The notes under the pieces: model-generated
Told to the model about the DNA's origin: nothing
Database searches by the model: none
What the model saw: only the letters and a program-made list of their open reading frames with translations
Part shown: positions 9,269 to 17,385 of the stretch, one piece after another
How positions within the stretch are numbered: position 1 is the first letter of the stretch
How the letters are laid out: every line of letters starts with the position of its first letter
Position numbers and translations under genes: made by a program
NCBI GenBank assembly: GCA_903902855.1
Contig: CAIUWK010000040.1
Coordinates: 8,279 to 72,278 of the forward strand
Direction: 5' to 3'
Source: an uncultured Geobacter sp.
GTDB lineage: Bacteria; Desulfobacterota; Desulfuromonadia; Geobacterales; CAIOGM01
Length of the DNA stretch: 64,000 bases

Positions 9269-10746
9269 AGCGGTTGCGCCTCACTCTCTCCGCCACCATC
9301 CTCTCGGCCATCTCTCTGGTCCTCATCGCCACCTGGATTCTGCTGGGAGTCGTTGCCCTCAAGATCACCGAACGAAATCTCTATGACCGGAAGACCAACG
9401 AGGCCCGGCGCCTGGTCTCGCTCCTGACCCACCTCCTTCCGGAAGATATGGCCGCCGTCAGGAGCTCTCCGGTGGTGAGCGGCTTTCTGGCAACCCTCAG
9501 CCAGGATGACGAATTCCGGGAACTGGTCATCACCGACCCCCAGGGACGGATGCTTCTGGCAACGCCAGCCGCTGCGGGCCCGGACAAGCTGTTAGGGGAA
9601 GTCGCGAAAAAACGGCACCCACAGGTGACGATTTCCACAGAGCTTCGAAGTATTACCCGTTACGACCCTCTTATTTCCGGGGATGGCTCCTTGCGGGGAG
9701 TGGTGCGGCTCACCCTGACCCTTGACGAAGAGAACGACCTGCTCAGCCGGTTCCGGAAAATATTCCTGGCCTATTTCACCCTGGACTTTCTCCTGCTGCT
9801 GGGACTGGGATCGCTCCTCCTCTCCCGGTTGATCGTTAATCCTGTCCGGAGGCTGGTCAGCGCCACTCACTCCATAGACAGCGGCGACCTCTCCCATCGG
9901 GTTGCGGTTTCCGGCACCGTGGAAACCGCCGAACTGGCCCGGTCGTTCAACAGCATGGCCGAATCGCTCACCCGCCAGCGGAGTGAAATTGAAAACCAGG
10001 TTGTCTCGCTGGAAGCCGCCAACCGGGAGTTGCAGGAGGCTCGGGAAGAGAGCATCCGCACCGAAAAGTTGGCATCCATGGGACTGCTGGCCGCAGGGAT
10101 GGCCCATGAAGTCGGTACGCCGCTCACCGCCATCCTGGGGTATGCCGGCATCCTGAGCCGGGAACTGCGGGACGACCCGGAGCGAGGAGCGTATCTGCAG
10201 CGGATCGAAGAGAACGCCCGGCGCATCGACCATATTATCCGGCACCTGCTGGATTACGCCCGCCCCCGCAGCGGGGCATGCGGCAGGGTTAACGCCGGTG
10301 AGATCATCCGGAGCGCCCGGGAACTCCTGGATGACCAGGGTCTCTTTAAAAAAATCCGGGTCAGCGTCCGGATTCCCGACGACCTCCCTGAGCTCTTCCT
10401 TGACGGCCACCAGCTCCAGCAGGTGCTCATCAACCTGATGATCAACGCGTGTGACGCCATGACGGCCGGAGGTGAGCTGCAACTCTCCGCGGCACAAGAC
10501 GAAACCGACCCGGCTCACCCTTCCCTGGAGATTCAGGTGGGTGATACCGGTGAAGGGATTCCTCCGGAGAACATGAATAAACTCTTCGACCCATTCTTTA
10601 CCACCAAGGAGCCGGGTAAGGGGACCGGGCTCGGACTGGCCATCTGCGCCCGGATCATCGATTCCTTTAACGGCAACATCACCGTGAAGAGCAGCGTGGG
10701 AAAAGGGAGCATCTTCACGCTCCGGCTCCCCGGCGCAGAGCAGTGA
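9265..10746 (+). CDS. Sensor histidine kinase (TM-HAMP-HisKA-HATPase)
   Basis: H-box MAHEVGTPLTAILGYA, N/G boxes (NLMINACDAM, DTGEGIP, GTGLGLAI). GTG at 9265 overlaps the pilD stop (GTGA). The upstream part of ORF 8881.. lies inside pilD and is rejected. Confidence 0.85.
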   Translation: MKRLRLTLSATILSAISLVLIATWILLGVVALKITERNLYDRKTNEARRLVSLLTHLLPEDMAAVRSSPVVSGFLATLSQDDEFRELVITDPQGRMLLATPAAAGPDKLLGEVAKKRHPQVTISTELRSITRYDPLISGDGSLRGVVRLTLTLDEENDLLSRFRKIFLAYFTLDFLLLLGLGSLLLSRLIVNPVRRLVSATHSIDSGDLSHRVAVSGTVETAELARSFNSMAESLTRQRSEIENQVVSLEAANRELQEAREESIRTEKLASMGLLAAGMAHEVGTPLTAILGYAGILSRELRDDPERGAYLQRIEENARRIDHIIRHLLDYARPRSGACGRVNAGEIIRSARELLDDQGLFKKIRVSVRIPDDLPELFLDGHQLQQVLINLMINACDAMTAGGELQLSAAQDETDPAHPSLEIQVGDTGEGIPPENMNKLFDPFFTTKEPGKGTGLGLAICARIIDSFNGNITVKSSVGKGSIFTLRLPGAEQ

Positions 10747-10753
10747 CCGGCAG

Positions 10754-12142
10754 ATGGAACTCGGAGCAAATCAGCGCATACTGGTCATCGATGACGAGGA
10801 GAGTCTCCGGCAGATGCTGGCGCTCCTGCTCAGCCGTGAAGGACTCCTCGTGGAGAGCGCGGCCAACGGCGAAGAAGGGCTCTCCCTGGCCGAGAAAAGA
10901 GAGTATGACTACATCCTCTGTGATATCATGATGCCGGTCATGGACGGCATCGGTTTCCTCAAGAAGGCCCACGAAGCCGGTGTGACCGCCCCCATCATCA
11001 TGATGTCCGCCTACGGCACCATGGAATCCGCCATCCACTGCATGAAAGAAGGTGCCTACGACTACATCTCCAAACCGTTCCACCCCGATGAGATCCTCCT
11101 GACCCTGAAGAAGGCCGATGAGCGGGAGCGGCTCAAGAGCGAGAACCGACGGCTCAAGGAAGAACTGGCCGGCAGCTACTGTTTCCGAAATATCATCAGC
11201 GGTCACCCGCGAATGAAAGAGATTTTCGACCAGATCAGAAAAGTCTGCGACTACAAGACCACGGTGCTCATCCTCGGCGAATCAGGTACGGGAAAAGAGC
11301 TGGTCGCCAAGGCGATTCACTATAACAGTACCCGGCGCCATGGGCCGTTCATCCCCATCAACTGCGGCGCCATCCCCGAAAACCTGCTGGAGAGCGAACT
11401 GTTCGGTCACATGAGGGGAGCCTTCACCGACGCCACCATGGACAAGGCGGGACTGTTCGAACTGGCCGATAACGGCACCCTCTTCCTGGACGAGATCGGG
11501 GAGATGTCGTTCCCCTTGCAGGTAAAACTCCTCCGGGTACTCCAGGAAGGAGAGATCCGCCGGGTGGGAGCGGTGACCCCAAAGAAGATCGATGTGCGCG
11601 TCATCTCCGCCACCTCCAAGACCCTTTCCCGGGAGGTGACAGACGGCCGGTTTCGGGGGGACCTCTTCTACCGTCTCAACGTCTTCACCATCCAACTCCC
11701 CCCGCTCCGGGAGAGGATGGAGGATCTGCCGCTGCTCGTCGGACACTTCCTGACGAAGAACGCCGCCAAGCTGGGTATTCCTCCTCCCCGGATGACTCCC
11801 CAGGCGATGAAGTGTCTCATGGCCTACTCCTGGCCGGGGAATATCAGGGAGCTGGAGAACTGCATCGAGCGGAGCCTGGTCCTAGCTGAAGAGGGGATTA
11901 CCCTGGAGACGCTCCCCGACACGGTCCGGGAACGCCATGATGCTACCGGAAGCGTCGTACTCCCTGCGGATTCCCTGTCGCTTAAGGTCGCGGTAGAGGA
12001 GATGGAACGGCGCCTGATCAGGAAGGCCCTGGACCGGACCCACGGGAACCGGACCCATGCCGCCCGGATCCTGGAGATAAGCCACCGTTCACTCCTTTAC
12101 AAACTGAAGGAATATTCGATAGATCGTAACTTCTCAGGTTGA
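10754..12142 (+). CDS. Sigma54-dependent response regulator (NtrC/Fis family: REC-AAA+-HTH)
   Basis: REC domain (ILVIDDE...CDIMMP), Walker A GESGTGKE, GAFTGA-like RGAFTDA, and a C-terminal Fis-type HTH. Confidence 0.92.
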   Translation: MELGANQRILVIDDEESLRQMLALLLSREGLLVESAANGEEGLSLAEKREYDYILCDIMMPVMDGIGFLKKAHEAGVTAPIIMMSAYGTMESAIHCMKEGAYDYISKPFHPDEILLTLKKADERERLKSENRRLKEELAGSYCFRNIISGHPRMKEIFDQIRKVCDYKTTVLILGESGTGKELVAKAIHYNSTRRHGPFIPINCGAIPENLLESELFGHMRGAFTDATMDKAGLFELADNGTLFLDEIGEMSFPLQVKLLRVLQEGEIRRVGAVTPKKIDVRVISATSKTLSREVTDGRFRGDLFYRLNVFTIQLPPLRERMEDLPLLVGHFLTKNAAKLGIPPPRMTPQAMKCLMAYSWPGNIRELENCIERSLVLAEEGITLETLPDTVRERHDATGSVVLPADSLSLKVAVEEMERRLIRKALDRTHGNRTHAARILEISHRSLLYKLKEYSIDRNFSG

Positions 12143-12144
12143 CA

Positions 12145-12232
12145 GGCTGAAGGCTGAAGGTAATCAGGAAAAGCTCTTCAAAATCAATAAAGGTGATATA
12201 TACGAGACGGGTTTAACCTTCAGCCTTCAGCC
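12145..12232. repeat. Inverted heptamer pair GGCTGAA x2 / TTCAGCC x2 around a 54-nt spacer
   Basis: ggctgaaggctgaaggt (12145-12161) is the exact reverse complement of accttcagccttcagcc (12216-12232). Confidence 0.85.
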
Positions 12233-12272
12233 TTAATACCTGAGTACCATAGATCAATAAAGTGAGGTTATC

Positions 12273-12923
12273 GTGAAGGTCACATTCTTTCGCCGCTGCT
12301 GGGTCACCTTCTCATCCCATGTCATCGGCTGTTACGCCTCGCTGCTCAACCGCTTCCGGATCCTGGGAGCCGACCAGATCCCCCGAAAAGGGGGGGTGCT
12401 CATCGCCTCCAACCATATCTCCGCCTATGACACCATCTTCCTCCCCTGGGCGGTGAACCGGACCAACCGTCTCCAGATGCTCTGGGCCCCGGCCAAGGAG
12501 GAACTCTTCTCGGGTTTCCCCGGCTGGCTCTACCGCTCCTGGGGAGCATTTCCGGTGAGGCGGGGGCGCGACGTCCGGGCCGGAAAAATCATCAACGAAC
12601 TCCTCTCCGACCAGAAGGTGATGCTCTTTCCCGAGGGGACTCGCCACAAAAACGGCGTGCTGGGACAGGGGAATCGCGGGGTGGGGAAGATCATCTACGA
12701 CACCCGCCCCACGGTCATCCCCACCGCGCTCATCGGACTCAATCGGTGGGAATTCCCCGACATCGGCCGTGAGGCGCGGGTTGTCTTCGGTTCTCCCCTG
12801 GAGTTCTCCGACCTCTTCGTCCTGGATAACTGCAAGGAGACCCACCAGAAGATCGTTGACCGGGTCATGGATGCCATCGCCGGAATCCTCAAGAAAGAAG
12901 GTGCCTATGTCAACCCCAGTTGA
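12273..12923 (+). CDS. 1-acyl-sn-glycerol-3-phosphate acyltransferase family protein
   Basis: HX4D (NHISAYD) and FPEGTR motifs. GTG start with GTGAGG SD. Confidence 0.82.
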   Translation: MKVTFFRRCWVTFSSHVIGCYASLLNRFRILGADQIPRKGGVLIASNHISAYDTIFLPWAVNRTNRLQMLWAPAKEELFSGFPGWLYRSWGAFPVRRGRDVRAGKIINELLSDQKVMLFPEGTRHKNGVLGQGNRGVGKIIYDTRPTVIPTALIGLNRWEFPDIGREARVVFGSPLEFSDLFVLDNCKETHQKIVDRVMDAIAGILKKEGAYVNPS

Positions 12924-13359
12924 GATCTTCTGCGACGGCGCCTGCAGCGGTAACCCCGGTGTGGGGGGGTACGGCGCCATCCTGCGCCACGGCAACCTGG
13001 AAAAAGAGCTCTCCGGCGCTCACGGGGAAACCACCAACAACCGGATGGAGATGACCGCCGCCATCGAGGCGCTGGCAGCCCTGAAACGCCCCTGCACGGT
13101 CACCATCACCACCGACTCCCAGTACCTGGTAAAAGGGATGACCGAGTGGCTCTCCGGGTGGGTCAAGCGGGGGTGGATCAACAGCAAAAAAGAGCCGGTC
13201 CTGAATCGCGACCTCTGGGAGCGGCTCAGGGAATCGGCTAAAATCCACCAGGTCACCTGGCTCTGGGTCAGGGGGCATGACGGTCACGCGGAAAACGAAC
13301 GGTGCGACGAACTGGCCCGTGCCGCCATCACCGCCTGGCGGCAGGACCAAAAAATCTAG
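12907..13359 (+). CDS. rnhA: Ribonuclease HI
   Basis: [24 protein letters not shown] and DSQY motifs. ATG at 12907 overlaps the preceding gene's end by 17 nt. Confidence 0.92.
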   Translation: MSTPVEIFCDGACSGNPGVGGYGAILRHGNLEKELSGAHGETTNNRMEMTAAIEALAALKRPCTVTITTDSQYLVKGMTEWLSGWVKRGWINSKKEPVLNRDLWERLRESAKIHQVTWLWVRGHDGHAENERCDELARAAITAWRQDQKI

Positions 13360-13367
13360 GTTCTAGG

Positions 13368-13403
13368 TCACCATTCACCATTCACCATTCACGGTTCACG
13401 GTT
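13368..13403. repeat. Heptamer array TCACCAT x3 + TCACGGT x2
   Basis: tcaccattcaccattcaccattcacggttcacggtt lies immediately upstream of the HNH gene. Confidence 0.85.
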
Positions 13404-13410
13404 TACAACA

Positions 13411-13716
13411 ATGACCGACTATTTCATTACTGATGTTACCGAGCAGGATGTGCGCCGCGAACGCGACAAGGGGCGGGATCTGCGCCGCACCCGATGGTGG
13501 CAGAACCGTCTTGCCCGGGGAATCTGTCACTACTGCGGCGAGACGTTTCCTCCCGACGAGCTGACCATGGACCATCTCGTGCCGGTGGCTCGAGGGGGAA
13601 AAAGCACCCCCGGCAATGTGGTCCCGGCCTGCCGCGGCTGCAACAGCCGGAAGAAATACCTCCTCCCCATGGAGTGGGATGAGTATCTGGAAAAGATGAA
13701 AGCGACTGAAGACTGA
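13411..13716 (+). CDS. Small HNH endonuclease-domain protein
   Basis: CHYCG...DHLVPVARGG...N...CRGCN is an HNH / zinc-finger signature, 101 aa. Confidence 0.8.
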   Translation: MTDYFITDVTEQDVRRERDKGRDLRRTRWWQNRLARGICHYCGETFPPDELTMDHLVPVARGGKSTPGNVVPACRGCNSRKKYLLPMEWDEYLEKMKATED

Positions 13717-13720
13717 GAAA

Positions 13721-13755
13721 TGAAGGCTGAAGGCTGAAGGTGAAAGGTGAAAAGT
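13721..13755. repeat. Heptamer array TGAAGGC x2, TGAAGGT, GAAAGGT, GAAAAGT
   Basis: The array lies immediately downstream of the HNH stop. It is inverted relative to the upstream TTCACC-type array, and it contains the same 17-mer as 12145-12161. Confidence 0.85.
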
Positions 13756-13760
13756 TCCAT

Positions 13761-14381
13761 ATGGCATTCAAGACGATCATCTACGATTGCGACGGCGTGA
13801 TGTTCGACTCTCTGGAGGCGAATACCGCCTTCTATGAGCGAATCATGACGCCACTGGGAGAGACCCTGGACCGACAGGACGAGACGCTTATGCGGGTACT
13901 GCATACCCATGCAAACCGGGATGTCCTCTCCTTTATCTTCGCCCATGAGCCCCAAAGAAGCCGGGCGCTGGAGCAGGCGGCCGCCATTAACTATCGGGAA
14001 CTGATCCCGCTCATGCGGATGGAACAGGGGTTCAGGGAAACGCTGGAGGAGCTTCACCTGAGATTTGACCTGGCCGTCTGCACCAACCGCGCCTCCTCCA
14101 TGGAGGATCTCCTCACGGAGTTTGACCTGGGGCGGTTCTTTGGCTGCGTGATGACGGCCGCCCTGGTGAAAAACCCCAAGCCCCACCCGGAACCGCTCCA
14201 ACGGATTCTGCACCATTACCGGATCGCCCCCCATGAGGCGCTCTTCGTGGGTGATTCCCACCTGGATAGCCAAGCAGCGGCCGCGGCCGGCATCCCTTTT
14301 GTCGCCTATAAGGCTGATCTGCCGGGGTTCGCCCGGATCGACCACCATGGCGAGATCCTTAACCTCCTGGAGCGCCGGTGA
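13761..14381 (+). CDS. HAD-superfamily hydrolase (phosphoglycolate phosphatase-like)
   Basis: Motif I DCDGVMFDS, motif III/IV KPHPEP...VGDS. ATG at 13761. Confidence 0.8.
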   Translation: MAFKTIIYDCDGVMFDSLEANTAFYERIMTPLGETLDRQDETLMRVLHTHANRDVLSFIFAHEPQRSRALEQAAAINYRELIPLMRMEQGFRETLEELHLRFDLAVCTNRASSMEDLLTEFDLGRFFGCVMTAALVKNPKPHPEPLQRILHHYRIAPHEALFVGDSHLDSQAAAAAGIPFVAYKADLPGFARIDHHGEILNLLERR

Positions 14382-15709
14382 TGGAAAGAGAACGGATGCG
14401 ACAGAGTAGCGGTGCTATCATCCTGCTGGTGGCAGAGGAACAAGCGGTTGCCCTGGATGTTGAGCTTCAGCTGCAACTCTTCGGTTGCCACGCCCACTGG
14501 GTCACCACCGGCGAAGAAGCCATAGAGCTGATGAAAAAGCTTCATCCGCACCTGCTGCTCGTGGATATCGACCCGGCCGGAGCCATGTACGGACCCCGGG
14601 CAGGCGCCATCATCAGGGAACGCCATGGTATTCCGGTCCTCTTTTTAACCACTGCCGCGGAACTGGTAACGGGAGAAACGGGGATAGAGAGCGATCCCTG
14701 CAGCTACGTCCTGAAACCGTGCCGATCACGGGAACTGGAACTCGCCATCGAGATGGCGCTCTACCGATCCCGGATGAACCTGCTTCTGGACGAGGCACTT
14801 CATCAGGCCGAACTGAAACGGGCCACCCTGGAGGCTATCGTCGCCGGCATCGGTGTGGGGCTCTGCGTACTGGACACCGAATTCCGCATTTTTTACCAGA
14901 ATCCGCTGCATCGAGTGATAACCAACGGTGACAAGGTGGGAACCTACTGCTTCGCATCCATCCGGAACCGGGACCAGCCCTGCGAGGAGTGCCCCATGAA
15001 ACGGTGCTTTGAGACGGGACGGGTGGATACGACGGAACGGGAGTACCACAATGGTGAACTGCTGCAGTTTCTGGAGATAACCACATCCCCCATCACCAAC
15101 TCCCGTGGGGTCATAATTGCCGGAGTGGAGCTGGTGAAGGAGATTACGACACGCAAGGAGAGCGAATTAGCCCTGCAGGAAAGCGAGGAGCGACACCGGG
15201 AACTGGCCAACTACGATACTCTCACCGGCCTCCCCAACCGACGATTCTTCGACGACCGGCTCCACCAGGCCCTGGCGCAGGCCCGCCGCTTTGATCGACA
15301 GGTTGCCATTCTCTTCATCGACCTGGACCACTTCAAACCGATCAACGACCGGTTGGGACATGCGGCGGGTGACGACCTGCTCAAGAAGGTCGCACTCCGG
15401 CTGCGCGACTGCTGCCCGCGTGAAAGCGAGACCGTGGCCCGGATCGGTGGCGACGAATTCATCATCCTCCTGCCGGAGCTGCGAGAACAGTCAGAGGCCA
15501 CCTCCATGGCCGCCAGGCTCATCCGGCGCTTCAGCGAGAAATTTTCCATCGAATCGGAGGAGCTGACCATCAACCTGAGCATCGGGATCAGTCTCTACCC
15601 CCAGGACGGCACTGACGCCAAGATCCTCCTGAAACACGCCGATACCGCTCTCTACCGTGCCAAGAGAGAAGGACGCAACACCTGGCGCCGGGACTCTCAA
15701 ATCAGCTGA
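14378..15709 (+). CDS. Response-regulator receiver - PAS - GGDEF diguanylate cyclase
   Basis: REC-like N-terminus (LLLVDID), a Cys-rich PAS-like middle, and GGDEF active site RIGGDEFIILL. ATGA overlap with the upstream gene. Confidence 0.88.
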   Translation: MMERERMRQSSGAIILLVAEEQAVALDVELQLQLFGCHAHWVTTGEEAIELMKKLHPHLLLVDIDPAGAMYGPRAGAIIRERHGIPVLFLTTAAELVTGETGIESDPCSYVLKPCRSRELELAIEMALYRSRMNLLLDEALHQAELKRATLEAIVAGIGVGLCVLDTEFRIFYQNPLHRVITNGDKVGTYCFASIRNRDQPCEECPMKRCFETGRVDTTEREYHNGELLQFLEITTSPITNSRGVIIAGVELVKEITTRKESELALQESEERHRELANYDTLTGLPNRRFFDDRLHQALAQARRFDRQVAILFIDLDHFKPINDRLGHAAGDDLLKKVALRLRDCCPRESETVARIGGDEFIILLPELREQSEATSMAARLIRRFSEKFSIESEELTINLSIGISLYPQDGTDAKILLKHADTALYRAKREGRNTWRRDSQIS

Positions 15710-15725
15710 AGCGGAGCTCCTCCCC

Positions 15726-17063
15726 CTACCCCTCTTCCCCCTCCGTGGGAGGGCGTTTCAACAGCTCCATCCGCTCCCTGATGAATTTTTCGTAACCATG
15801 CTTCGTTGGCTTGTAGAACTGTTTTCCGGTCAGCGCCTCCGGGAGGTAGTCCTGGGGGACATACCCGCCGGTGAAGCTATGGGCATACTTGTACCCCTTG
15901 CCATACCCCAGCTCCTTCATGAGCTTGGTCGGGGCATTGCGGATATGCAGCGGCACCGGGAGCTGGCCGCTCTGCCGAACCTCCGCCAATGCCCCATCGA
16001 TCCCCGCATAGGAGGCATTGGACTTGGGGGCCGTAGCCAGATAGGTGACCGCCTGGGCCAGGATGATCCGTCCCTCGGGCATTCCCACCAGTTGAAACCC
16101 CTGTAGCGCCGCCACAGCCATCTGAAGCCCCCGGGGGTCGGCGTTACCGATATCTTCGCTGGCCATGATTACCATCCGCCGGAGGATAAAGATGGGATCC
16201 TCACCCGCCTCCAGCATCCGGGCCAGCCAGTAGAGCGCCCCGTCCGGGTCGCTTCCCCTCAGCGATTTGATGAAGGCGGAGACGACATTGTAGTGCTCTT
16301 CCCCCCCCTTGTCGTACAGCAACGGTTTTTTCTGCAGCGCCTCCCGGGCCGTGACCAGGTCGATGGTCTGTTGTCCGGAGAGGTGAGCCGCAGTTTCCAG
16401 GGTATTCAGCGCCACCCGGGCATCGCCACCGGCCTGTTCGGCCATGTAGGAGAGGGCCTCGGGGGCAATGGAGAGCTCCCGCCTCCCCAGTCCTCGGTGC
16501 GGATCGGTCAGCGCCCGCATGAGGATCTCCTGCAGCTCGTCCCGAGCCAGGGGGAAAAGAGTCAGTACCGTACAGCGGGAGAGGAGCGGCGCGATGACTT
16601 CGAAGGAGGGATTTTCAGTGGTGGCCCCCACGATGGTGAGGAGGCCGCTCTCCACATAGGGGAGAAAGGCGTCCTGCTGGGACTTGCTGAAGCGATGGAT
16701 CTCGTCCACAAAAAGGAGCGTCCGCGCCTTCCGGTATTTCCACTCCTCTTCCGCCTCCCGGACGATCTCCCGGATTTCTTTCACCCCCGAGAGGATGGCG
16801 GAGAAAAAGACAAAGCGGGCGCGGGTGGCGCCGGCGATGACCTTTCCCAGGGTCGTCTTACCGGAACCGGGAGGGCCCCAGAGGATGAGAGAACCCAGGG
16901 AATCGGTCTCGATGAGGCGGCGCAGAAGCTTCCCCTCCCCCAGGATATGCCGCTGCCCCACAAACTCCTCCAGCGAGGTGGGGCGCATCCGGTCGGCCAG
17001 GGGAGCCTTCCCCTTGGTCGGCTCCCCCGCGCCACCGGTATCGAACAGGTCTTTCATGGGCAA
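15726..17063 (-). CDS. rarA: Replication-associated recombination protein A (AAA+ ATPase)
   Basis: Walker A GPPGSGKTT, DEIHRF, and a MgsA C-terminal region, 445 aa. Confidence 0.93.
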   Translation of the reverse strand: MPMKDLFDTGGAGEPTKGKAPLADRMRPTSLEEFVGQRHILGEGKLLRRLIETDSLGSLILWGPPGSGKTTLGKVIAGATRARFVFFSAILSGVKEIREIVREAEEEWKYRKARTLLFVDEIHRFSKSQQDAFLPYVESGLLTIVGATTENPSFEVIAPLLSRCTVLTLFPLARDELQEILMRALTDPHRGLGRRELSIAPEALSYMAEQAGGDARVALNTLETAAHLSGQQTIDLVTAREALQKKPLLYDKGGEEHYNVVSAFIKSLRGSDPDGALYWLARMLEAGEDPIFILRRMVIMASEDIGNADPRGLQMAVAALQGFQLVGMPEGRIILAQAVTYLATAPKSNASYAGIDGALAEVRQSGQLPVPLHIRNAPTKLMKELGYGKGYKYAHSFTGGYVPQDYLPEALTGKQFYKPTKHGYEKFIRERMELLKRPPTEGEEG

Positions 17064-17166
17064 ACCTCGGTGATTTCGTTACCAACGGGAGAAATCTTGT
17101 CATCCTAAGCCGGAACCAGACAGGACGCTGATACACGCTGATGAACGCGGATCTGGACAAAATCAA

Positions 17167-17284
17167 CTCACACGAAGGCACAAGGGCACAAAGAAAACCA
17201 AACAGATAAAACAGAAAGATTTCAGGATAACCAAAGCAACTGTTTAAGCCTTATACCTTCTTTGTGCCTTCGTGTCTTTGTGAG
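17167..17284. repeat. Inverted octamer arrays (AAGGCACA-type / TGTGCCTT-type) around a 62-nt AT-rich spacer
   Basis: ctcacacgaaggcacaagggcacaaagaa (17167-17195) faces ttctttgtgccttcgtgtctttgtgag (17258-17284). The unit length here is 8 nt, not 7. Confidence 0.75.
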
Positions 17285-17385
17285 AGATCGGAGTAAAAAA
17301 ACGAACAGGAATCTGACGCCACAAAGTCGTGAAGCTCGATTCCTGTCCATCCTGTTCATCCCTGTAACTTATGACTTACCTGCTC

